DNA from: Lytechinus pictus
Lineage: Eukaryota
Assembly: GCF_037042905.1 (NCBI RefSeq)
Contig: NC_087245.1
Coordinates: 16,804,001 to 16,868,000, forward strand
Length of the DNA: 64,000 nt
Reading direction: 5' to 3'
Shown piece by piece: positions 40,497-53,175 of this stretch (its first letter is position 1; each line of letters opens with the position of its first letter). The notes below the pieces were generated by a model, which had not been told where the DNA came from, made no database searches, and worked only from the letters and a program-made list of their open reading frames with translations. A program made the translations under genes and the position numbers.

Positions 40497-41459
40497 TTAA
40501 TGACAAAGATAATCATATCATATACTAACGATAATAATGGTGATGAAATCAATATCAATGATGATTATGATAGAAATAAATAATGATAAACTTTCCAATA
40601 ATATATATTCCACTACGCTACAATATATTCCTTTTCTGATTAATCATATCAATTAATCTATAGCAATCATAATATTAAGTGGCGTTTTGGGCAAACAGTT
40701 GAGAGGAGCAGAAGACTGGGAAGATTTTTCATTTTAAAGAAGCGAGAAAAAATCGACCTTTCTTAAAATTAACATCTAATTTCTTGACAGATATTCACAT
40801 TAATACCCAAAAAATAATTTCATAAATTTTTGATTTTTTTTTTAATTTTATTTGGGGGGGGGGGGCAAACCCATGCCCCTATCTATTCGCCGGTGATACC
40901 ATGCATGTCTTACACTTTAAGATACTATATTGTGCACAATTTGGAGCAATTTGCATATGCGAACATATTTAGTACCCAAGTTAATGCATAAGAACCTGAC
41001 CAGATAAAATGAGTTGATTGATTAACTAATAAGTTTATTTTGCACCTTCCATTTAAAAGCTTAACAAAACTGTAAAATGCATTACAAAATTAAGTACAAT
41101 ATAAAACATGAATTATTTTATTCATGATAATATTTTCCACAACCCTGCTTGTGGGTGATTTGAGAATTGAAAATGCAGTGTCATTGTCATGTGATGTCTC
41201 TACTATTGTCATGGTTACTGACAAAGGAAAATATCATGAACGCAGAAGGAGATCAACTGATTATGAAAGTCAATCCAGCTGTAATCGCGCCATCTGTGGG
41301 CTATGGGAATGTTTGATTTTGCACACTGTATATATAATTTGATAGTGTTTTTTTTTTCTCTCTCTCTCTCTCTCTTCACCTGTGCACCTTGGGCATTTAG
41401 ATTGAAACAGATTTGGCGCCTTAGAAATCACATTTCTTCTTCTTCTTTAATATTCTTCT

Positions 41460-41571
41460 TCTTATTATTATTATTATTAGTAGTAGTATTATCATTATCA
41501 TTATTATTATTATCATTATTATCATTATTATCATCATTATTATCATCATTATCATTATCATTATTATTATT
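41460..41571. repeat. (TTA/TCA)n microsatellite
   Basis: Directly visible. Confidence 0.95.
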
Positions 41572-43512
41572 GCGAGAAAAAATACAGATCGAAAATGAAA
41601 TTGCCGTTTCTCGACTTTTATTGCCTCTGGGGGATTTTCCCAGAATCATTACAACGACAATTACAATTTGTTAACAAGGACACAGTTTCTAAACAATATT
41701 CATCAAGCCACAATCAACCAGATTTTTAGGGGGAAACCGGGTCACGTGACCTCCCAGAAGGAAGAGATCCAAACGGGATCACAGGACAGGTGGTTCCTGG
41801 GGTGCGGATTCCCCTCTTTACATTTATCATCTATTCAATACAAGATTATCTCATGTGTGTGAAATAAAGTTGGGGGAGAGGCTTCAAGACCTGAACGTGA
41901 ATTATTGGAAGGGGAACCTGCCGGAAGATATCCAGCCGGACTTCCAAACCAGGAGACTTTGGAAAGTTGGGTTCCCCTCTCCCGAATTTCTTGACATAAG
42001 TAGTATAAAGTGCCTCCCCCTGGTGTTGAAATTTGACCGATATAAGAAAAAAGACTCAGTAATCAGGCCAAACACCAAAACAAGCCCATCCAACCATGTT
42101 AAGCCCAACCAACCAACCATAACAAGCTCATCCAACCAACAAATACAAGCCCATGCATCCAGCCAACCAAAACATTCCCAACCAACCAACCAACCATAAC
42201 AAGCCTATCTAGTCAACCAAAACAAGCCCATCTAACCAACCAATCAAGCCCATCTAATCAGCGAATGCAAGCCCATTTAACCAACCAAACACGTATAAGT
42301 TCATCTTATGTACATCATTACCAAATAGAAACATGAATCAAATATACATCATAATTATGATACATAAACAATGCCAATACATATCAATTGTAATTACAAG
42401 TCAACTACTGACAAAATGTATAATTTGTACAATAGTATTAACAACAGCTTGGTTGGAAATGAGGGAACCCTCTAAAATAACTGCTTGTAGAGCGTGGATC
42501 CTTATGATCACAACCAACCAATCATAACAAGCCCATCCATCCAACCAATGCAAGCACATCCAACCAAACAAAAACAAGTTTATTGTCCGTCATGTACATC
42601 CTAACCAAATACAAATTAAATATGCATCAGACATGTCAGAGGCGCATAAACAAATGCCAATACATATCAATTGTAATTACAAGTCAACTATTGACAAAAT
42701 TTAAACATTTGTACAAAAGTATTATTAGCTTGGTTTGAAATAAGGGGATCCACTAAAAGCCCTGCTTGTAGAGCATTGATCCCTATAATAATAACCAACC
42801 AACCGATCAGAACAAGCCCATCCAACCAACCAAAAACAAGTTCATTTTGAACTTCCGTCATGTACATCATAAACAATTACGAATCAAATATGCATCAAAT
42901 GCATATAGACACAAATAAATATCAATTATAATTACAATTCAACTACATACAAATTATGAAAATTTGTTCAATATATAATAACAAGAACTTGTTTGGAAAT
43001 GAGGGGATCCACTAAAAGTCCTGCTTGTAGAGCATGGATCCCTTTGATAACATCTAACCAACCATGTCAAGCCCAACCAACCAGCACAAGCCCATCCAAA
43101 CACATGCCCAGCCAATCAACCAAAACTAGTCCATGTTATCAACATCAACATTATAACCAACCAAAAACTAAGGTTATTTCAATCAACTGTAACCGGTACA
43201 ACTTGCTTCTTAAACAGGCTCATTCAGCAATCCTGAACCCTGTCGTTAAATTTCGCATTACCCCCATTTAGATCGATCAGCACAATTGCCTTGGACAGAT
43301 TATTAGAGTATTAACATAAATCACGACAGAATTATTAACAACCATATACTATATTATCCCATCCTTTTAAATTTTAATACCATGTGTACCTAATTTTTTG
43401 AGGCATAAACAATACCCTCCCTCCGACCCTGACAATATTATAACCAACCGCTCACAACCATTATTTAAATGGACGGGAGGGAGGGCAAATTAACGTCTTG
43501 CATCCCCCAGAG
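41572..43512 (-). mobile_element. Composite non-coding repeat block, possibly a non-autonomous Ngaro/DIRS-type element; contains three ~280-bp direct repeats and (CCAA)n-rich tracts
   Basis: An 11-bp inverted pair, ctctgggggat (41625-41635) and atcccccagag (43502-43512), lies near the ends. Repeats ..tgtacatc..caattgtaattacaagtcaacta..ggaaatgaggg..ctgcttgtagagc at ~42290-43110. The family call rests on recalled terminal motifs only. Confidence 0.35.
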
Positions 43513-43524
43513 CTGTGTTGAGAA

Positions 43525-43575
43525 CATAGATATATAATTATACTAATAACGCCATGAACGCAATATATCTCTATG
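43525..43575. mobile_element. 51-bp minimal TIR element with 8-bp TSD
   Basis: gttgagaa|catagatatata ... tatatctctatg|gttgagaa. Confidence 0.8.
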
Positions 43576-44154
43576 GTTGAGAATGAAGCATTTGCTCCAA
43601 ATCTGTCGCGTATTGCGCGCGTCCACGAATTCTTCTAACGCAATTCATTGGTTCTTTTTATCGTAGAGGCTGTGCCCCCATTGTCGTTGTCTAGCTGTCA
43701 TTAAGGGCGCTGTGTGACGGCACTGCCCATGCCATGCCCAGCCAATCACAGACCTGTTGGGGCGTGTCCTCGGAGGATTTTCGCGGAATCGCAGGGGCGC
43801 GCATTGTTTTCGCGGGCCAATAATTGGTTTCTTGAGAAGACCTGTCTCCTCATGCAAACTATCTTATTCGCTTATTCGAATAATCTTATTATGATAATTG
43901 TTATTATTATAAAGAGGTGCGAGGGATGGAGAGAATGAGAGAGAGGCAGTCTAAATGAAACGTACAAAAAGGAATGTAGATCGACATAAATCAATTTCAC
44001 TGAATGAAAGGGATAACAAGCAATCTTATAGAGGTAAAAGAAAATTTGTTTACAGTTTACACAACTCATAAAAGTACACTTACACTGTGATTGTTTGTGA
44101 TTTGTTTTGATTTGTTCAATAAAAAAGTACACTTACACCCTCACACACACATCT

Positions 44155-44209
<55 letters not shown>

Positions 44210-45454
44210 CTGTATGTTTGTGTGTATGCATTCCTTGTCTTTTCTCGCACCCCAAGAGAGACACATTGCTTAGTTCACTAACGGGGTTACCCTGGATAAA
44301 TAAAACGAACAAAAAATAATAAATGAATTCATATTAAAGAGAAAACCCCAAGAACGATATGATGATAATAACAATATTGATAATGAAATATATTCATGAT
44401 GATAATAACAATACAATGGACTCCTGTTACTATCATAATCATCATTATTATTAAAGAATTTAGAATACAGTCAGACTTCTTTATGTTTTTCACATTATAT
44501 AAATAATTTAAAAAGTGCTAGGCCTGTATTTTGAGGGCTTAGTGCCCCCTCCCCCTTGGTTCTTGAAAACACAATTTATTTCCCCCTCAGATGTAACAGC
44601 AAAGATCATACTTCAAATGTAATAAAGTGAAATTCAATAAAATATTTTGAAGTTGAAAATAGAAAAAAACTAAACCAACCCCCGAATCCTGATAAAAGGT
44701 TTTAACTGTTTTGAATTTTGCGATAAAAACACCATGGTACAAGCATGGACCTACTCCATTGTACAAGCTTGTCAATCATTTGCTACCGGAAAAGCGATGT
44801 AAAGCAAGAAATAATCTCCATGGATACGCACAAATTGCACCTTTTAAGTAACGCCACACGGAATCTATACCCTATTCATTCTATTTTCAAAATATACGAA
44901 TGAAAAGAAGTTAAACTATATGTCAAGACTTACGTATGGTATGGATGATAAAAATGATTTCTCACCTTATTCGAAAGAAATCCGTAAAATCAAAGAATTA
45001 TTTAGCTGAAAATATAAATGTAGCGAGGTTTTAAATCTCCACTCCTTGGTTTCACTTAAATATCAGTGCTACGAATCAATTTCATTTTGTCTAAATTCAT
45101 TCTCCTCTACAAATATTTTTTTAAGAACGTTAAGTGGTTTGGTAAATTGTTCTTGATGTAGAATTGCCAAAGGAAATTGTCCCAATTTCTGGAAAGTTAT
45201 TCATTTTGGAATCACAAAAGATTAACTGCCAATGTGGCTGTTTTTGTCACGTTTATGTCATGTTTTGAAGATGAAATGATCGGTAAACAATGTTTTTTTT
45301 ATTTCAAAAATTTCTGCTCAATTACATTGAAATATAAAATTTGTTACAAAGATTAAAATTTGCAATGGATTAGAAAAAAAGGATAAGGGTAAAAACGTAG
45401 GAGTACACATTCCATTGAATTAAGTACCCTAAGTAACCTATTAAGTAACCTATC

Positions 45455-45623
45455 ATGGACGGGTTTGGTAGATTCAATCGTCAAAAAGGCAAATGCACGC
45501 TTGAAATTTTTGTATAGATATCAAACCTGTTTGAATATGAAGTCTAGACGTATTTTATGCTTTGCTTTAATACAATGTCTATTCGACTATGCTAATGCGG
45601 CTTGGCACGGTAGTCTGGGTGTA
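45455..45623 (+). mobile_element. 5'-truncated L2/Crack-type LINE, ORF2 C-terminal part, left of the Harbinger insertion
   Basis: Translates VDSIVKKANARLKFLYRYQTCLNMKSRRILCFALIQCLFDYANAAWHGSLG, typical of the region after the RT domain in CR1-group LINEs. Confidence 0.82.
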
Positions 45624-46091
45624 AGGCCCGGTCACATATAGGCGACGCACGAGGGGCGCATGGCCCACGTGTTGCATTTTTGCAGTTTTGGTCAATGCGT
45701 TGTTACTCGCTAGATCTGCGCCATTGTTCGTTAAGCGTTCGACGAGCGCGTTTTACCAACGTTATGTATTCGACGCTCTTCGCTTGTGCGTCGTAATTTT
45801 TTGAGCATGCTCAAAAATATGCGCAGAGCTCGACGCATGACTCTATACGCCATGAAGTCGCCAAACATTCGCAAAGCGCGCTAGACCAACGCTAGACGTA
45901 CGCTGAGCCTACGTTGAGTATCCGTCGCAAGTTCGGCGGCTGATTTCGAACGAACAACTGGCGCACACATAACGTGCTTTCCAACGAACACGCAACGAAT
46001 ATGAACGAGCTGAACGAGTGCTGAACGAGTGTTGAACGTGTCTCTAACGCACACAACGTTTATCTAGCGTGTTCCTAACATATACCTGGCG

Positions 46092-47803
46092 CACTGGCGT
46101 AAATCCCGGGGGGGATGGGGGGGATATATCCCCCCCACTTTTCGAGGAGGGGGGATGGCCTGTACAAACATCCCCCCCCCCCCCCACTTTTTACGAAAGA
46201 AATGAAAAAAAAAATCACAAGAGATAATTGTTTTATTGGTGAAAATTCTTCCTGAAATACCGCTTAACAAATAAAACAATATTATTGAATAATAAAATGC
46301 AAATAAAGAGCCAGTTCACCATTTCCAAACGAAATACTTATGTCCTTATTATAACATTGAAGAGAAACTCCCGTTTCTTCCAATTCATCAATGTCGGGGT
46401 CTATGGGAAGGGATCAAGATGGAATGTCAATTCTTTTTTAATGTAATCTCTAATAAAACCATTAAACCATCATGAGGTAAAAAAGATAATAATATTCGAG
46501 GGGTATTTGCCATATGGACATACAGTGGCGTAACTACGGGGGGGGGGGGGGGACATGGGGGGCACGTGCCCCCCCCCCCCCATCGGCTGACCAAAAAAAA
46601 AACGGGGAAAAGGGGAAAAGGAGAAAAGAGGGAGAAAGGAAGAGAAGCGTATAGTGGGAAAGAAGAAAATATTATTCATTATAATGTTATATTATAATTA
46701 TGTTATGTTACATTACATAAGAAACATTTTTATCATGACTTCATGAAACATAATTTGCCCAGGGCCTGGTGCTTGCATTGTCTGTTAACGAGATAAATAT
46801 TCTGTTGTACTGAAACATCCCGTTTTCAAGTCAATATAAACCAAATATATTTCCTAGCACTTGAGTTATCATTGTTTTATGAAGTGACATATGCTTCTTT
46901 TTCATGACTCAAAAAGTGATTGCCCCATGTTAAGGTCTTCGTATATATGAAACATTTTACTGTCCGTGATTACGTTCGCTATAGTGGATTGGTGAGATAT
47001 GTCTGCTCTTCATGAATTCCTTTAATCGGTCCTTAAAATGTCCTTTCTTCTGATCTGAATATCAAAAATTTTCAGCTCGCGCTTCGCGCTCGCATCATTT
47101 GGATATTGAAATACGTATGGTCCTAGTTTAATAATTCCCACAAAGAAACCTTAGAATGCCCCACTTCAGGTCTGAATTATCTAAATGTTCAGCTCGCGCT
47201 TCGCGCTCGCAATATTTTATTAGTGAGATGCGTATGATAATCATGATTGCAAAGACTACAAAAAGTGTTTCATGTGTTCAGATGTAATTCTTATAAACCG
47301 GCAAGCGCTTGGCACTCGCATTAGATGACTATGGTGAGATATGCATACTCTTAATGGATTCCTAAAATATATTCCTCAAAATCTCGCTGTTTGGGGTCAA
47401 AATATACGAAAACTTCAGCTCGCGCTTCGCGCTCGTATTGTTTAGCGAGACGGTACCTATCATGATTACACAAATTTGATTATAATGTCTCTTTTTAGGT
47501 GTGAATATTAAAAAAATTCAGCTCGCGCTTCGCGCTCGCATTATTTGATCAGTGAGATGCATATCCGTTTAATGACATTGTCCAGAAAATGTCTCTATTA
47601 GGTCAGTATAACTGGCAACTGAGTGCGCTCACTCGGTGATTCAAACATTTTGCTGGTGCCCCCCTCCCCAATGCCGTGACTCACGGTACGCCACTGTGGA
47701 CATATCAATGACAATTCCTTGCATATCTAAAAACATGATTGCAAAAAAAAGCCAAAATATTTCAGTCATCCCCCCCACCCATCAACACGGATTTACGCCA
47801 GTG
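46092..47803. mobile_element. hAT-like MITE A nested in the Harbinger
   Basis: Perfect 8-bp TSD acctggcg (46084-46091, 47804-47811); 15-bp TIR cactggcgtaaatcc / ggatttacgccagtg. Confidence 0.92.
46523..47696. mobile_element. hAT-like MITE B nested in MITE A
   Basis: Perfect 8-bp TSD tggacata (46515-46522, 47697-47704); TIR cagtggcgta / tacgccactg; internal cagctcgcgcttcgcgctcgca repeats. Confidence 0.92.
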
Positions 47804-47904
47804 ACCTGGCGTGTGCCTAGCGTGTAGTCATAGGGCATATAAGTGGATCCGGCACCAACTCCTCATCACTTCTCCTCCAGCCCTCGAAAGAACCACCTCG
47901 GAAG

Positions 47905-49302
47905 ATGGATGATCCTGACACTCAATTGAAATATAAAATTGCAATTCTCCAACATCAGCATAACCTAATGGCACTGACTATTCACCAACTACAAGTCTCC
48001 AGAAGGAGAAAGGAAAACAAGTCAACGAAGATACTGGGTCTGACCCTGGATCGGAAGGAGAAGACAGTTTGGCTTGTAATAATAATAATAATAATAATAA
48101 TAATATGCAACATTTATATAGCGCTTAATACAAACGATCGGATGATCGGGCGCTCGAGCATTAAAGGAATTCCTTCCTACCGGGTACCCATGTATGATCA
48201 ACTTCTTGTAGAACTCCGTAACGAAGACCAGGCAGCCTTCAAAAATTGTATGCGAATGCCACCAGAGATGTTCGACGAACTGCTACCAAGAGGTGGCCCG
48301 AGTGTCACCAAACAGAATACAACCTACAGAGATGCCCTCGATCCTGGCCTGAAGCTTGCTCTCATCCTTCGACATCTTGCGTCTGGGACCAAGTATCGCT
48401 CAATGTCCTATGGATGGAGAATCCCTCACAATACTATACCCCTGCTCATCCCAGAAGTGTGCCAGACCATCATCGAAGAGTACAAGGGTGAGATGATGAA
48501 GTGTCCCACCACTCCCGATGAGTGGCGTGCCATATATCTGACCAGTTCATTGAGAAGTGGAACTTCCCCCATACCTGTGGTGCACTCGATGGAAAGCATG
48601 TCAGCTGCAATTGTCCTCCAAACAGTGGTTCTCTTTAATATAACTACACAGGATTCTACTCCGTTGTCCTCATGGCGCTCGTGGATGCTGATTATCGCTT
48701 CATCTGGGTAGACATTGGTGGTATGGGATCGGCATCAGACGCTCAGATCTACAATGCTTCTGAGCTGAGATAATGTGTTGAAGATGGCAGTTTAGGCCTC
48801 CCGGATCCCGATCCTCTTCCCAACGACAACCAGGATGTACCATACTTTTTCGTCGGCTACAATGCATTCGCTCTACGTCCTAATAATTATGAAGCCGTAC
48901 AGTCTTAGAGGTATGACGCAGTCGCAGCGCATTTTCAATTATCGGCTTTCCCGAGCCAGAAGGGTTGTCGAAAATGCCTTCGGCATTCTGTCTAGCAGGT
49001 TTCAAGTTCTCCTGACCACGATGCAGCAGCAGCCAGCTACCGTCAAGCTCATTGTCATCATCCTCCACAACTAGATGAGGACAAGGTACCCAGGTGTGCA
49101 GAACCAGCAGCTTGACCGTGCCGAGAACCTTGGTCATGACTAGGTCCCAGGAGCATGGAGATCAGGCCTTAACATGCAAGACACCATCTCTGTCGCTGGC
49201 AGCAATACCTCCAGCAGGGAAGGAAAAAAGCAGAGGAATCTTATCAAGCACTGGGTCAACTCCAAAGCCGGTGCCGTTCCATGGCAGGACAGAATGATAT
49301 AG
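47905..49302 (+). pseudogene. Harbinger (HARBI1/DDE_Tnp_4-type) transposase pseudogene
   Basis: Motifs across frames: MRMPPEMFDELL, LRHLASG, WNFPHTCGALDGKHV, VDADYRFIWVDIG, SDAQIYN, FNYRLSRARRVVENAFGIL, ILHN, GAVPWQDRMI*. Several frameshifts and in-frame stops. Confidence 0.93.
48079..48190 (-). mobile_element. SINE 3' tail inserted antisense into the transposase
   Basis: Reverse complement tgggtacccggtaggaagg...gcgctatataaatgttgca(tat)n, flanked by tgta (48075-48078, 48191-48194). Removing it restores FGLYDQLL. Confidence 0.78.
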
Positions 49303-50110
49303 ACAACATTTATGTGAACAGTTCGGGCAGCTATAATTATACAGAGATTGTGATTGGATGATGGTTGATTAATGCTTTGTACTATTTCATTCCATTCTTT
49401 ATATACTGTTTATTTGACAAGCATTCACTTGCAAACATACATAATTATACACACGCACACACACACCCTCTCGCTAACAACGCAAATACATTTGAACACA
49501 AATCCACACACACTTTTCTCCTACATGTGTCTATTCTGAGCTTTTTTCATATTTCCCTTTCTTTACTTTTTGACTCTTATTTGTAAAGTATTAAAAATAT
49601 TATGTCTAGTGATAATATTCAAATCTGCCGGCAACTTTTTTTTCAAAAAATAACTTGTGTTTTCCCTGCCTGATAAATTGACACTGATTTAAACATAAAA
49701 TATTTTCAAACTATTTTTCTTTGGTAGTGTAAGTAACATAATATATTTTCTTAATAACATAGTATTATTTCTACAAATGTATACATTGGTTTATATATTT
49801 TTTTAATGGAAGTTTTCGGTCGCGGGCTGCGCGTTGAACGCGCAGTGCATGCGCTAGCCCAGCGCTAGCCATTCGTTCAACACGCTCGCAATACGTGATG
49901 CATTCGTTGGGAGGTTTTGTATATGCGCTCTGTGTACGGTCAATATGCGCCCAGTATACGCGCAGCGCGTTAGCAATATGTTATGTATTCGATGCAAGTT
50001 CGCTAGCCTTTCAGAAATTCTGACAGGAGTTGAGCGCACAACGACGCACTGGTCCTATTTTCCAATTTTAAATGCGTGGGTCGTGCGTCGGGCTATATGT
50101 GACCGGGCCT

Positions 50111-50888
50111 TTACGGATAACAAAAAGCTAAGAATAATTCAAAATAAAATTGTGAGATACATAAATGTTTTAGGACCAAGAGCACATGTCGGATGTAAAG
50201 AACTTGAAAATGCAGGATTACTTCATGTAGATCACAGATCACAACAATTAGTATTACACCACGTGCATAAAATATTCTATTCGGATACATTAGATCATTA
50301 TATAGCAAATAATTTCACCCGTGTATCAAATATCCATAGGTACGGTACTCGAAATAGTAATTTTAATTTTGTATTACCAAAACGTGAAGGACATATAGGG
50401 AACACTTTTTATTATAATGGCATCCAATCTTGGAATGCTCTTCCCAATCAAGTAAAAGCAGTTAAAATATTTTCTCAATTTAAGAGTGCATTAAAGAAGC
50501 ACCTAAAACTGGAAGCTACCCGAGAGCAATATGACCAGTAAAAATCAAACATTTTGTACAGGTGGTTTCTAGTATTGTAGATAATGTAGGGTATGTTGAA
50601 ATATAATCTTGTTTCATATATTAGGAGGATTGTTGTTTGCTTCAGATGTTTGCATATTTTTTGACTGATGGATATGTATTTCATTATTATTGTTTTAAAA
50701 CCATATTCCAGTACTTGTCGTAGTTTATACTTTTCGTTACAATATGTTAATGTTTTATACTAACTATAGGACCCCATTGGAAATAAGCCTTTCGGCTTTC
50801 ATGGGCTATCCTGTCAAGGTATTCTTCAATTTTATTGTAATCTCCTGTGATATTCTTGACGACTAAAATCAATCAATCAATCAATCAA
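50111..50888 (+). mobile_element. L2/Crack-type LINE, ORF2 end, 3' UTR and (AATC)n tail, right of the Harbinger
   Basis: TDNKKLRIIQNKIVRYI...HRYGTRNS..F.LPK...TFYYNGIQSWNALP..K....FK..LK.HL* (stop at 50541); terminal aatcaatcaatc repeat. Confidence 0.85.
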
Positions 50889-51379
50889 GTACGACAGTGC
50901 AGCAAGAAAGGATCAAACCTGTCCCTGTATAGAAAAGTGTAAATACTTATTCAACAAATAGATGAAAAACTGTCTAGAATTGGTGTACAGATCTTTTTTT
51001 TACTTAACAGGGAAAATGAACGAAACTTTTTTTTCAAAGCTCGCAATCGTTGATGTTCCATATTCCCAACAACTGTAGTTGGTTATACATTTTTTGATTG
51101 TATGATTACGCTGTTTTTGAAGATTCTAGACTCAGCAAATATACGCCTATACCTCTTTTTATAGCGACTGATCCATCATTGGTTGCTATTTTAATGTTAC
51201 CTTGATTCGTTTCGATAATCTTTACATTTATGTATGTACGTGTATTGTAGATAGAATATATTATAGCAAACTGAAAGTGCATCTCAATGTTCTTTTGGGC
51301 GTTCAAATGAACTTTTGAAGAAAAAAAAACATTTTTTGTGCATTATAATTTCTGTTCGGCTGTTGGTTATCTTTTGTAG

Positions 51380-51615
51380 AGTTTACGACCAAGACCCTGA
51401 TACATTTGAAGGATGTCTATGGGGACTGTTTCAGAAGAGGAAAGGTGGTCCAGATCAACCCTACAGAGAAGACAGTCAGTCTGGAAGATGGCATCAAGAT
51501 CTCCTATGATTACCTGATCATAGCCACCGGAAGCAGTAATCCGTTCCCAGGAAAGATCACCGATGACACGTCCAACCAAGAATGCCATGATCTCTACAAA
51601 GATGCATTTGAGAAG
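51380..51615 (+). CDS. AIFM2: AIFM2/FSP1 exon 2 (EFTTKTLIHLKDVYGDCFRRGKVVQINP..YDYLIIATGSSNPFPGK..AFEK)
   Basis: tgtag acceptor and gtacg donor. ATGS..PFPGK as in human FSP1; phase 1 joins exon 1. Confidence 0.93.
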
Positions 51616-52144
51616 GTACGCACCCCTTTCCCTATACCCACACCCCCCAAAACAAAAATTGAAACGGGGGGGAAAAAAAAGCAGGGGAAAAGGTGAATTT
51701 ATTTGTATCCATGTGTCAATCAAAATTTGTCCTTAGAACAATGTGAATAATTATTCATTCACACCGATCGCTACCGTAGCAAGAATAACCACGGTTGGGA
51801 GATTCATATTTATAATAAACAAAAAGGGCTTGCCATATTCCAGTGCTTGCAATTACACACTGGTCATCTTTCTAAAGGGTAGGGCATAATGGATCAATAA
51901 TACAATTAATACAAATGAGGGAACGGTTAAGCGACCGAAATAATTCCAAAGGGATTTCTCCCCGGATTTTTCTATTCAACTTTCCGTTAATTTCCGTTGT
52001 AAAAATGTGCAATAAAATTATAGATTTTTAAAGTAATCTGGACCATCCCCTCCCCGTTAGATACGGCCAGAAATCATTAAATGAATAATAATTCAAAAGT
52101 TGAGTGGGCAGTAACATATTTATTTCATATTCATTTGTGTATAG

Positions 52145-52346
52145 GTTAAAGCAGCTCAGAGGATCACCGTCATAGGTGGAGGAGCGAGTGGTGTGGAGCT
52201 CGCTGGTGAGATTGCTACTGACTTTCCCGAGAAAGATGTCACTTTGATCCACTCCAGAGATACCTTACTTGAAACAGCCGTGAGTCTGAAGCTTAGAAAT
52301 ATGGTGAAGAAGCAGCTTCTTGATCTGAAAGTCAATCTCGTCATGG
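52145..52346 (+). CDS. AIFM2: AIFM2/FSP1 exon 3 (VKAAQRITVIGGGASGVELAGEIATDFPEKDVTLIHSR..LKVNLVM)
   Basis: tag acceptor and gtaag donor; NAD(P)H-binding GGGxxGVE motif. Missed by the ORF track. Confidence 0.94.
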
Positions 52347-52426
52347 GTAAGCGTTGAAGGTTTCTGTTTCATTTTTAGTTGGACGGTTGAAATTGCAATC
52401 ATGATTAGTGTCTAGTGTCTCGTATA

Positions 52427-52479
52427 CAGTGACTGCACAAAAGGGGGAGGAGCCCCCAGTTAGAATCGCCCCCCCCCCC

Positions 52480-52516
<37 letters not shown>

Positions 52517-53175
52517 GAAAACTGAAAAAAAAATATACAGTAAATGCTATCATAATCATCCTAATCAAGCTGTTAAGTGCTCCAAAACAGCATATTCACT
52601 CTTCAAATTTGATAATGTTCTCATCCAGTCACTGTTAGTTCCCAACAATATTAGTCACTAACAAATCTTTCCGGCCATTATATAAAAATCCAAATTTTGC
52701 TCGCGCTTCGCGCTCACAGTGACTGTTGATCTGTTCAATAGGATATCATGTGGCGTAACAATCCAGTGTTGTAGTAAAAAAGCACAAATTATTCTTCTCG
52801 TGATTCGATTTTCCATAATTTGTTTTTAGCGAGATACGCATTCTGCATGTTCGTAAGTTTAGAAAAAAGTGCTAAATTTTAAAAATTTTCAGCTCGCGCT
52901 CGCATCAATTGTTTTGTTAGATACACATTCTATTCATGATAACAAAGCTTAAATAACGTAAAGTTATCATCTCGGGATATATTTTTTTTAGCTCGCGCTT
53001 CGCGCTCGCATTATTTATTTGGTGAGATACAGTCTTTACGAGTCACTGCAAACATCCCTTAACAGGTTCGTTTTCTAGTCAGTATGACCTAAGAAAAAAG
53101 AATTAGCTCGCGCTTTGCGCTCGATTTTGTGAAATGCGTAGAAAAAATATGTGTCCACATTTGCCCCCTCCAAAT
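52427..53175. mobile_element. Degenerate MITE carrying gctcgcgcttcgcgctc motifs, related to MITE B
   Basis: At least four copies of the motif at ~52699, 52892, 52991 and 53106. Ends are approximate. Confidence 0.55.

Larger units (their letters stand above)
45624..50110 (+). mobile_element. PIF/Harbinger DNA transposon (defective) inserted in the LINE
   Basis: TIRs aggcccggtcacatatagg(c)gacgcacga and tcgtgcgtcgggctatatgtgaccgggcct, with imperfect TWA-type flanks (gta/tta). Contains a transposase pseudogene. Confidence 0.92.

Noticed and set aside
41303..41674. Hydrophobic 123-aa ORF and an Asn/Asp-rich antisense ORF
   Set aside because: Microsatellite artefacts.
47905..49302. Domesticated HARBI1-like host gene
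   Set aside because: Multiple stops and frameshifts, a SINE insertion and intact TIRs indicate a dead transposon.
49945..50541. 198-aa ORF as a novel gene
   Set aside because: It is a chimera of Harbinger right-end sequence read in frame into the LINE ORF2 tail.
44830..51110. A further outer DNA transposon enclosing the LINE
   Set aside because: No convincing TIR pair or TSD could be identified by eye.
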